Source of the DNA: an uncultured Cytophagales bacterium | Lineage (GTDB): Bacteria; Bacteroidota; Bacteroidia; Cytophagales; Bernardetiaceae | NCBI GenBank assembly: GCA_963719525.1 | Contig: CAVRCG010000004.1 | Location: 989,579 to 1,053,578 of the forward strand | Direction: 5' to 3' | DNA: 64,000 nt | Shown here: positions 21,584 through 30,369 of the stretch, one piece after another | Layout of the letters: every line of letters begins with the position of its first letter | How positions within the stretch are numbered: position 1 is the first letter of the stretch | Notes under the pieces: model-generated | Seen by the model: the letters and a program-made list of their open reading frames with translations, nothing else | Databases searched by the model: none | Told to the model about the DNA's origin: nothing | Translations under genes and position numbers: made by a program

Positions 21584-22006
21584 CTACTCCTCAAACTCAC
21601 CATCTTCAGTAACTATTTTTGTAATATCTATTGTAGGCAAGATAAAATTGTTAAATTTTGTATTAGTAGTTTTTGAATGTAATACTCCTCGTGTTGTACC
21701 AACTGTAATCGTAGATAAATGCACCAAAAAACCTTGTGGAATAATTAGTTTACCTTCTTTAAGAAATTCATTCCAGTTACTTTTCTCAACACTAAATTCA
21801 CAAGAAACTTCTATGATTAGAAAAGATTTCTCGTTTTGTTTGAACTGAAATTTAATAATTGAAACAATAGAAGAACTTTCTGAACTTATTCCAAAACTTA
21901 TATGAATCTCTAAATTCATATCCTCAATTTGACTATTATAAGCATCTTCAATGATAGCAAATTGTTCTGTATTAATTTTTTTTAAACTAAACTGTATTCC
22001 TTCCAT
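21584..22006 (-). CDS. Hypothetical protein (140 aa), translationally coupled (ATGA overlap) to the upstream XRE regulator
   Basis: ORF with a 4-nt start/stop overlap with the XRE gene. No recognisable motifs. Confidence 0.4.
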   Translation of the reverse strand: MEGIQFSLKKINTEQFAIIEDAYNSQIEDMNLEIHISFGISSESSSIVSIIKFQFKQNEKSFLIIEVSCEFSVEKSNWNEFLKEGKLIIPQGFLVHLSTITVGTTRGVLHSKTTNTKFNNFILPTIDITKIVTEDGEFEE

Positions 22007-22461
22007 TAGTTGTACATTTCTGTTAAAATTTGATTATTTATAGGTAGTATTTCCACTACTTTTGCTGACTTTTTTTGATAAAAATCATCTTCTTGAGTTG
22101 GTTGTGTATAGGTAAGGTCTGTTTTTTTAAAAATTACTTTAGTTTTCTTTTCTCTATTAGAATCAAGTCCTAATAATGAAATTCCTAAGGCTTTTTCAAT
22201 TTTAGATATTGTTTGCAAAGTTAGATTTTCTCTTCCCTTAACTATTTTACTTACCTGTTGAGGAGAAACATTTAGTAAGGTAGCTAGTTCCTGCTTCTGC
22301 ATCCCACTAGATTTGAGAAAAATATTAATTCTAACAGCTATTATTCTTGAATGCTTGAGCCAATAGTCATTTTCTATTAAATGTATAGCTTTTTCTTCCC
22401 AATTGCTTTTATTACCAACAGTAAGAGCATCAAGCTTGCTTTGTAAGTCTTTAACAGCCAT
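22006..22461 (-). CDS. XRE-family helix-turn-helix transcriptional regulator
   Basis: Canonical HTH_XRE segment ELATLLNVSPQQVSKIVKGRENLTLQTISKIEKALGISL. Confidence 0.7.
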   Translation of the reverse strand: MAVKDLQSKLDALTVGNKSNWEEKAIHLIENDYWLKHSRIIAVRINIFLKSSGMQKQELATLLNVSPQQVSKIVKGRENLTLQTISKIEKALGISLLGLDSNREKKTKVIFKKTDLTYTQPTQEDDFYQKKSAKVVEILPINNQILTEMYN

Positions 22462-22472
22462 AATTATTTGTT

Positions 22473-22658
22473 TTATATTTCTAGATATTCTAAATCATCC
22501 TCATCAAGGATTCCTTTATCAATTAAATATTGTTTTGTTATCTCTAGTTTTCTTAACTCTTTTTGTAAATGCTTAGGCTTCATATTCTCCGTCAGTTTGA
22601 TGGATACGCCAGAAACGAAAAAGCAATTTTTTGAAACTCTAATTGCATATACCCTCAA
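22473..22658 (-). CDS. Possible small protein upstream of the XRE gene (the real start may be the internal MKPKHLQ…)
   Basis: Short ORF 11 nt upstream of the XRE gene on the same strand. No other support. Confidence 0.2.
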   Translation of the reverse strand: MRVYAIRVSKNCFFVSGVSIKLTENMKPKHLQKELRKLEITKQYLIDKGILDEDDLEYLEI

Positions 22659-23001
22659 CCAACTTTTACGTTCTGAACCATATGCTTTTGATTTTTGAAC
22701 TTTGCAAGTCTTTTTTCAAGTCCTTATTTAATTTTCAATGGACAATCAATATATTCTAATCAGATATTTGCCTATTTTAAAGATAATACAATTTTATTAT
22801 ATTTCAAAAACACAAAAATCACTTATTTATTTCCAAAAACGAGCATTTAGTAAACAAATAGAATTTTCCTTGAATTACAAAATCTAACAAACAAAAATTA
22901 CCTAAGTACAAAACTATTTTTTAGCTTTGTGTTATCAATTTACATTCAAAATACTACCGTTGTTGGTATCTACACCAACGACATATTTAACCTCACATAC
23001 T

Positions 23002-24216
23002 ATGTCCACTACCACACAAACGCCTGATATTTTAGCTCGTCGAATTTCTGAAATGGAGGAATCTCAAACCCTTGCTATGGCTCGTAAAAGCCGTGAATTA
23101 AAAGAGCAAGGCATTGATATTATAAACATGAATTTGGGAGAACCCGATTTCAAAACGCCTCTTTTTATTCAAGAAGCTGCCAAAAAAGCTATCAACGACG
23201 GACATTTTTATTACACGCCTGTTTCTGGAATTAATCCACTTCGCCAGGCGATTGTTGATAAGCTCAAAAGAGAAAATCAGTTAGATTATTCTATGGAACA
23301 GATTGTAGTTTCAACAGGTGCAAAACAATCGATTGCAAACGTCATGCTTTCTATTATTGACAAAGATGACGAAGTGATTATTATTACTCCGTATTGGGTT
23401 TCGTATGTCGGAATTGTACAACTAGCACAAGGAACACCTGTTTTTGTGGAAGGAAAATTGGAAAATGACTATAAAGCAACTGCAAAAGACGTAAAAGCAG
23501 CCATTACTTCGAAAACAAAAGCAGTCATTTTCTCATCGCCTTGTAATCCTACTGGAAGTGTTTTTTCTGAAAAAGAACTAAGAGAAATAGCAGAAGTAAT
23601 TGCTCCACACAAACAAATTACAGTTGTGGCAGACGAGATTTATGAATATATTAATTTTGGAGATGCTCATTTTAGTATTGGAAGAGTAGAATCATTGAAA
23701 GACAGAGTAGTTACGATTAATGGACTTTCAAAGGGTTTTGCCATGACGGGCTGGCGTTTGGGTTATATGGCTGCACCTTTAGCGATTGCAAAAGCATGTG
23801 ACAAAATTCAAGGACAGGTTACCTCTGGTACAAACTCAATTACTCAATATGCTGCCGTAACAGCTCTTAATGGAAGCAGAAAAGAAGTAGAAGAAATGAA
23901 AGTTGCGTATGAAAAAAGAGGGAAACTGATTAAATCATTATTAGATAAAGTAGAAGGTTTTAAATGTAATACGCCACAAGGTGCATTTTATGTTTTTCCT
24001 GATATTAGTGATTTTTATGGTAAAAAATACGAAGGTAAAACGATTACTAATTCAGAAGACTTTGCTATGTTTTTGTTGGAAGAAGCAAATGTAGCCGTAG
24101 TTATGGGAGATGCCTTTGGCGCACCTTCTTGTATTCGTCTTTCTTTTGCCACTTCAGAAGACTTAATTAAAAAAGCGATTGAGAGAATTTCAACGGCTGT
24201 GGAGAAATTGAGTTAA
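23002..24216 (+). CDS. Class I/II pyridoxal-phosphate aminotransferase (aspartate aminotransferase-like)
   Basis: Aminotransferase class-I signatures (…NLGEPDF…, SKGFAMTGWRLGY with the PLP-binding Lys). The start was chosen at MSTTTQ (ATG 23002) rather than the ORF-track start. Confidence 0.85.
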   Translation: MSTTTQTPDILARRISEMEESQTLAMARKSRELKEQGIDIINMNLGEPDFKTPLFIQEAAKKAINDGHFYYTPVSGINPLRQAIVDKLKRENQLDYSMEQIVVSTGAKQSIANVMLSIIDKDDEVIIITPYWVSYVGIVQLAQGTPVFVEGKLENDYKATAKDVKAAITSKTKAVIFSSPCNPTGSVFSEKELREIAEVIAPHKQITVVADEIYEYINFGDAHFSIGRVESLKDRVVTINGLSKGFAMTGWRLGYMAAPLAIAKACDKIQGQVTSGTNSITQYAAVTALNGSRKEVEEMKVAYEKRGKLIKSLLDKVEGFKCNTPQGAFYVFPDISDFYGKKYEGKTITNSEDFAMFLLEEANVAVVMGDAFGAPSCIRLSFATSEDLIKKAIERISTAVEKLS

Positions 24217-24597
24217 ATTACATACCATTTTATTATGAGAAATTAAAAAGCAATTCTATTATACAGAGTTGCTTTTTCTATTTCAAAAATAACCTCTAAC
24301 AACGTATAGCCTAAAATCACAAAAAATAAATATTTGTTAAAAAAATCGTAAGCTAACTTAGCTTTTATAAATAAAAAGTGTTATCTTTAAACTACACGCT
24401 ACAAATATTACTTCGCTTTTATTTTATTCTAACTAGAATATTAATCCTATTAAATCATAACAACTATGTATTTTAATACTATTTTGTTAAACTATGGTTT
24501 TTGAGTTGATAAGAGAAGTAACCACTAATAATTAAAATTGAATAAAACTTTTTTATTCAATTCCAATTTGCTTTATTATTTTAAACCTTATTGCCTT

Positions 24598-27500
24598 ATG
24601 TACAAAAATTACATAATCGGTATTTTTTTATCATGTCTATTTTTAGGCTTCTTAATGATAAATCAAAATGCCTTCGCACAGACAGAACAATGTGCTACTG
24701 AAACTATCCACGATTCAAAAATGGCTAATGACCCTATATATAGAGCCAAGTTTGAAGACAACCAAGAAAAAATGAAAGCGCATATCGCTAGAATAGTAGA
24801 AAACTCTTCTAATCAGCGTACAGAAGCGACTGTTTATACTATTCCTGTTGTAGTTCATATTGTCCGTCCTAATGATACAGAACCACAATATAATCCTAGT
24901 GATGCCTTAGTAAATGCTATGATTCAGAAAATGAACGATGACTATAGAGCCGTAAATAGTGGTACAGATGTAGAAGTGCAGTTTGTTTTGGCGCAAAGAA
25001 ATCCAAACTGTGGTACTACAAATGGAATAAACAGGATTTTATATACAGACGCTACTTATGTAGCTAGTGGAGTGAGTGTACCTGTTAATCCTCCTACTAC
25101 ACCAGGACCAGGAATAACTGATTTGGCATTAAAAAATGAATCTAGAAATCAATCTGGAAGATGGTCAAATACAGATTATTATAACATTTGGGTAGTACAT
25201 AAATTAGATGGGTTGAATGGAGATAACGTAACACCAGGACAAGGATATACAGCAGGTTACGCTTATTTTGCTTCTGGCAATAACGCAGATACAGATGGAA
25301 CGATATTAATTGCAGATCAAGTAAACGCTACAAGTACTACGGCTACTCACGAAGTAGGTCATGCGTTAGACTTGTATCATACTTTTAGAGGAGTAACACA
25401 AACAGGCGCAACTACATATAACTGTCCAACAGGAGCTTGTGCTACTTCAGGAGATGAAATCTGTGATACTGAACCTCATCATGTCAATCATTGTGGAAAT
25501 GAAAATGTATGTGCAACAGTTACTGATAATTCAATAAAAAATTATATGTCTTATTGTGGTGGAACTGATAGGTTTACGGCTAATCAAATTACTCGTATGC
25601 GTGCAGCTTTGGAAACACTAAGAGGAGGACTTATTTCTTCTTTGGGAGGAACTGCTCCTAGTGGAACATTGCCAGTAGTTGCTTGTACTCCAACACATTC
25701 AGGTACAGCAGACAATAGTGTAGGAATTACAAGAGTTAAGTTGAATACAATAAATGTTGTTTCGCCTGGTGCAGGAGAAGGAACATACACAGACAGAACC
25801 TGTTTGCAGGCAACCACTGTATCAGCAGGTTCAGCTCATACTATTACAGTCGAAACGGCTTTTAATCCTCACAACATAAAAGTATATATAGATTATAATA
25901 GAGATGGCGATTTTTTAGATACTGGAGAAGAAATTGCTTCGGGTTCTTCAACAAATGCATTCGGAGTCTTAACGTTTAGTGCTAATTATAATTTTCCTAG
26001 TACAGGAATCACATTTAATCAGCCTTTGCGCCTTCGTGTCATAACGGCATTCGTAAATACTACGCCTAGTTCGTGTGCTATGACAGAAGGAGAAGCAGAA
26101 GATTATTCTATTACGGTTCAAAGTACAGCCACAAACACAATTACTTTAGGAACAATACCTACTACTACCTATTGTGCAGGCTCTACTATCTTTGTTCCCT
26201 TTACCTTTACAGGTACTTTCACAGGAACAAATACATTTACAGCACAACTTTCAGATGCTGCTGGTAATTTTGGAACGCCTAGCGCAACCCAAATAGGAAC
26301 AAGTTCGATTGCTTTAACTATTCCTACAACTGCCACAGCTTCTGCAAATTATAAAGTACGTGTAATTGCTTCTGACCCAGTTACTACGAGTAATGAATCA
26401 GCCTTAATTACTATCAATGTGCTACCACTAGACCGAACTATTACAGCAAATCCTGCTAGTATTACAAGTGGAAATACTACAACTGTTGAAGTTCCAAACT
26501 CAGAAAATGGAGTTTCTTATCAGTTGCAAGACGTTTCAAATGGTAATGCAGATGTAGGAACAGCAGTAGTAGGAAATGGAGGAACAATTCAACTTCCTAC
26601 TCAAAATCTTACAGCAAACAATGATTTTAGAGTAGTAGCCACGAATGCTACAACTACTTGTTCACGTACATTAAATACAGTAACGGTTACAGTAACGGCA
26701 GCTACAGCACCTACTATTTCTGTAACTACTCCTACTACTGGTTGTTCTGGAGAAAATATCAATATTGCTTTCACTACTACTGGCACGTTCGCAGGTGCAA
26801 ATACCTTTACAGCACAGGTATCTGATGCAACAGGAAATTTTGCTACACCATTTGCAACAGGAACAGGAACATCAAGTCCGATAACAGTTGCAGTACCAGC
26901 AGCTTCTACAGCGTTTGCAAATTATAAAGTTCGTGTACTCGCTTCAAGCCCAGCCACAACAAGTAATGAATCAGGTACTTTTGGATTGAATGAAGCACCT
27001 CTTCAACGAACAGTAGTTGCGACACAATCAAGTGTTCCGACAGGAACAGGTACAACCCTAAAAATTCCTAATTCAGAAGTAGGAGTAAGTTATAATCACG
27101 ACGGAACTCCGACAGCAGGAACAGGAAATGATTTGTTCCTTCCTACTGGAAACCTAACATCGGATACAGATTTTACTGTAGCGGCACAGCACGACAATTC
27201 TCTCTGCCCAGCTTACTTTAATGTAGTAACCATTACGGTAACAGCAGCTCCTACAAACACAATTACTTTGGGTACTATTAATCCAACCTATTGTGCAGGC
27301 GCAACTATCAACGTTCCCTTTACCTTTACAGGTACTTTCACAGGAACAAATACATTTACAGCACAACTTTCAGATGCTGCTGGTAATTTTGGAACGCCTA
27401 GCGCAACCCAAACAGGAACAAGTTCGATTGCTTTAACTATTCCTACAACTGCCACAGCTTCTGCAAATTATAAAGTACGTGTAATTGCTTCTGACCCAGT

Positions 27501-29895
27501 TACTACAAGTAATTTATCGCCTGACATTACTATTAACGTAATTCCGAATGATAGAACCATAACAGCAACAGCGACTAGTGTTCCGACAGGAACAGGAACA
27601 ACTATAAAAGTTCCTAATTCAGAAGTAGGAACAAGTTATGCACTAATAATAAATGGTACACCACAACCTACTCCAGTACTAGTAGGAAATGGTGGGGAAT
27701 TATCATTCAATACAGGAAATCTAACAGCGAATACAAACTTTAGTGTAGGAGGAGGAATTGTTGCTACTTCTTGTACTCGTCAATTTAATACTGTAACTGT
27801 TACAGTAACAGCAGCTCCTGTTTGTTCTATTACAGCAATTAGTAGTACAGGACTTACCCAAACTACTTGTGTTCCAGCAACGAATACTTATACGCAGCAA
27901 GTGAGAGTAACTTATTCTAATCCACCAACAACAGGTAATTTACTTATAAACGGACAAAGTTTTGCCATTACAGGAAGTCCACAAACCGTAACACTTACAG
28001 GCTTGACAGCAGATGGAAATGCAGTTAATGCAGTTGCTTCTTTTTCTGATAATGCAGCTTGTACATTCACACAAAATAGTGCATTTACTGCTCCTGCTGA
28101 TTGTTCGGTAGCAACTGGAAATATTCGAAATGTAACGCTGAATGTGCTTTATGGTACTATTCAAGCAGCCGTTGATGCAGCCAATAATGGAGATGAAATC
28201 AAAATTCTTGCAAATGGCACGTATGCTGAAGATGTAACCATTACAAATAAGAGTTTGACGTTTACTTCTGTTGCAACCGATTATACACAACTTACCATTA
28301 AACAAATTATTTTTAATGGAACAGGAAGAACGCTGACAATTTCCACTCACATGGGAATTTCAGAAGTGTTAAATATGCAAGAAGGTAACATAGTCGTAAC
28401 AGTAGGCAATAATTTTGCTCTTCGCTCAACTATTGCAGGAACAGCTTTAGTAATCAATGATGATGCTAATACTGTTGTAGGTAATGTAATTATGGAAAGA
28501 TATATGCCAGCCGTTTCTGACTTATCAGGTGGATTTGATGGACAGGCATATCACTTATTTTCTTCTCCATTTGTATCTGCACCAATTTCACAATTTGGCG
28601 ACAACATGGCAGCAGGATTAGTTCTGAATACAGCTTACAATACAGCTCCAGAACCAGCTTTTGTACGTCCTTTTCCTACATTTTTCCATTATCAAGAAAC
28701 AAACGGAAGAGCAAACACAAGTGCTTATTTCAATCCATTTATTTCTAATTATAAAGTACCAACCACAACTAATTTAGAAGTAGCAAAAGGTTATCAAGCT
28801 AATATTCAAACTGGAACAACTATAGATTTGAACGGTACACTAAATAATGGAACTGTTTCTATTGCAGTTACTAATTCTAGTGGAAATACAGCCGATGGTT
28901 ATAATCTTGTTGGAAATCCCTATCCTTCTCCAATTAATTGGGATTTGGTTCATGCAGCTTCTTCAAATTTAGAAAGTGCACTTTATTTAGAAATTCCGAC
29001 AAGTCAGTACGACGGACGTTTCGCAGAGTATGTAGCAGGAACAGGTGTTGTAAATAATGGAGGTAAAAAAGAAATTGCTTCAATGCAAGGATTCTTTGTC
29101 AGAACAATGGCTGGAGGAACTGTTAATATGAACAATACAGTTCGTTTGGGTACAGATACTCGTTTTTACAAAACTACCGAAACACAAGACACCAAAGAAG
29201 GATTAGTTAGAGTAGCCTTGAAAGGGAATAATTTGTTGGATGAAACGACCGTTTATTTCCAAAACGGAGCAACTTCTAATTTTGATGGAAAGTACGATGC
29301 AGCCAAAATTCATAAATTCAATAGCAAATTATCTACACTTTATTCTTATAATGAAAATGCAGATGCTCCTGAATATTTTGCCATTAATGGTTTGGGCAGT
29401 TTTGATGCTGATCAAACTTTACCTTTAGCTATGAATATTCTTACAGCAGGAGAATACGAAATTACGCTTCGTGATATGAAGTATTTCCACTCCAAGCACC
29501 AGCTTTATTTGTATGATTCTCTAACAGATTCACTTCATAATTTGCGTGCAGAAGGCGATTATAAATTTACGGCTACAGAAGGAAATGAAATCAAACGTTT
29601 TGTGCTTCTATTCAAAACAGATGGGAGTCAAGAGTTCTTTACAGATGAAAAAGTAGTAGTTTATCCAAATCCAACTCCAGATGAATTTTCATACAGCTTA
29701 AAAACTGCTAGAGAAGGAACTTATACAATTCGTCTTTTTGATGCAACGGGTAGAGTAATCTTTGAAGAAAGCAAAACTAAAGAAGGTGCGTTTTTGGAAG
29801 GGACAATCAATTTGGAGAAAAATGCTGCTGGACTTTATTTGCTGCAAGTATCAGATTCTGAAAAAACAACAACAGTACGTATTGTAAAAGAGTAG
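24598..29895 (+). CDS. M43 (pappalysin/cytophagalysin-like) zinc metalloprotease with a GEVED-like segment, three about 370-aa internal repeats and a T9SS C-terminal sorting domain
   Basis: Signal peptide (MYKNYIIGIFLSCLFLGFLMINQNAFAQ). HEVGHALDLYHTF matches the M43 HExxHxxGxxH motif. GEAEDYSITV motif present. The C-terminus is …VYPNPTPDEF…LYLLQVSDSEKTTTVRIVKE. Confidence 0.8.
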   Translation: MYKNYIIGIFLSCLFLGFLMINQNAFAQTEQCATETIHDSKMANDPIYRAKFEDNQEKMKAHIARIVENSSNQRTEATVYTIPVVVHIVRPNDTEPQYNPSDALVNAMIQKMNDDYRAVNSGTDVEVQFVLAQRNPNCGTTNGINRILYTDATYVASGVSVPVNPPTTPGPGITDLALKNESRNQSGRWSNTDYYNIWVVHKLDGLNGDNVTPGQGYTAGYAYFASGNNADTDGTILIADQVNATSTTATHEVGHALDLYHTFRGVTQTGATTYNCPTGACATSGDEICDTEPHHVNHCGNENVCATVTDNSIKNYMSYCGGTDRFTANQITRMRAALETLRGGLISSLGGTAPSGTLPVVACTPTHSGTADNSVGITRVKLNTINVVSPGAGEGTYTDRTCLQATTVSAGSAHTITVETAFNPHNIKVYIDYNRDGDFLDTGEEIASGSSTNAFGVLTFSANYNFPSTGITFNQPLRLRVITAFVNTTPSSCAMTEGEAEDYSITVQSTATNTITLGTIPTTTYCAGSTIFVPFTFTGTFTGTNTFTAQLSDAAGNFGTPSATQIGTSSIALTIPTTATASANYKVRVIASDPVTTSNESALITINVLPLDRTITANPASITSGNTTTVEVPNSENGVSYQLQDVSNGNADVGTAVVGNGGTIQLPTQNLTANNDFRVVATNATTTCSRTLNTVTVTVTAATAPTISVTTPTTGCSGENINIAFTTTGTFAGANTFTAQVSDATGNFATPFATGTGTSSPITVAVPAASTAFANYKVRVLASSPATTSNESGTFGLNEAPLQRTVVATQSSVPTGTGTTLKIPNSEVGVSYNHDGTPTAGTGNDLFLPTGNLTSDTDFTVAAQHDNSLCPAYFNVVTITVTAAPTNTITLGTINPTYCAGATINVPFTFTGTFTGTNTFTAQLSDAAGNFGTPSATQTGTSSIALTIPTTATASANYKVRVIASDPVTTSNLSPDITINVIPNDRTITATATSVPTGTGTTIKVPNSEVGTSYALIINGTPQPTPVLVGNGGELSFNTGNLTANTNFSVGGGIVATSCTRQFNTVTVTVTAAPVCSITAISSTGLTQTTCVPATNTYTQQVRVTYSNPPTTGNLLINGQSFAITGSPQTVTLTGLTADGNAVNAVASFSDNAACTFTQNSAFTAPADCSVATGNIRNVTLNVLYGTIQAAVDAANNGDEIKILANGTYAEDVTITNKSLTFTSVATDYTQLTIKQIIFNGTGRTLTISTHMGISEVLNMQEGNIVVTVGNNFALRSTIAGTALVINDDANTVVGNVIMERYMPAVSDLSGGFDGQAYHLFSSPFVSAPISQFGDNMAAGLVLNTAYNTAPEPAFVRPFPTFFHYQETNGRANTSAYFNPFISNYKVPTTTNLEVAKGYQANIQTGTTIDLNGTLNNGTVSIAVTNSSGNTADGYNLVGNPYPSPINWDLVHAASSNLESALYLEIPTSQYDGRFAEYVAGTGVVNNGGKKEIASMQGFFVRTMAGGTVNMNNTVRLGTDTRFYKTTETQDTKEGLVRVALKGNNLLDETTVYFQNGATSNFDGKYDAAKIHKFNSKLSTLYSYNENADAPEYFAINGLGSFDADQTLPLAMNILTAGEYEITLRDMKYFHSKHQLYLYDSLTDSLHNLRAEGDYKFTATEGNEIKRFVLLFKTDGSQEFFTDEKVVVYPNPTPDEFSYSLKTAREGTYTIRLFDATGRVIFEESKTKEGAFLEGTINLEKNAAGLYLLQVSDSEKTTTVRIVKE

Positions 29896-29928
29896 TCAAA
29901 ATATAGTGAAATCGTAATACTATTTTGA

Positions 29929-29972
29929 TAGAATAGCCGTATAATTAGTACGGCTATTCTACTTTTTAAAAA
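29929..29972 (+). terminator. Rho-independent terminator (GAATAGCCGTA…TACGGCTATTC + T-run)
   Basis: Perfect 11-bp stem followed by TACTTTTT. Confidence 0.65.
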
Positions 29973-30009
29973 ATTTCAAAAAATATTTACTCATTAAATT
30001 AGTTAAGCT

Positions 30010-30222
30010 ATGTTCAAAAAAATTGTATTATTCCTAATTAGTTTTTTTATTATAGATTTTGCGTTCGGACAAGGGGGAGGATTTCCTGTCGATCCAAATG
30101 CTGCTGTACCCATAGACGGAGGGCTTTCTCTTCTTTTGGCAGCAGGTGCAGCTTATGGAGCTAAAAAAGTCTATGACTTTAAAAATAAAGACAATCAAGA
30201 TGAAGAAAACGAAGCGAAATAA
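30010..30222 (+). CDS. Small secreted or membrane-anchored peptide (70 aa) with a sorting-signal-like tail (VPIDGG, hydrophobic helix, KK)
   Basis: Signal peptide MFKKIVLFLISFFIIDFAFGQ. Then PIDGGLSLLLAAGAAYGAKK, which resembles the Pro/GlyGly-TM-basic architecture of exosortase/rhombosortase-type C-terminal sorting signals. Then an acidic tail. Confidence 0.4.
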   Translation: MFKKIVLFLISFFIIDFAFGQGGGFPVDPNAAVPIDGGLSLLLAAGAAYGAKKVYDFKNKDNQDEENEAK

Positions 30223-30369
30223 GGTTGCTTTATAAAACTTTATGTAGATCCTTATTTTTTGCTTTTTTGAAGTGAAAAGTAAGGATTTTTTATTTGTTTA
30301 AATTTGTTACTTCTGTTTAAATTTTCCATATTTAATGTCATTAATTTTTATGTTTTAAATTATTTAGAT

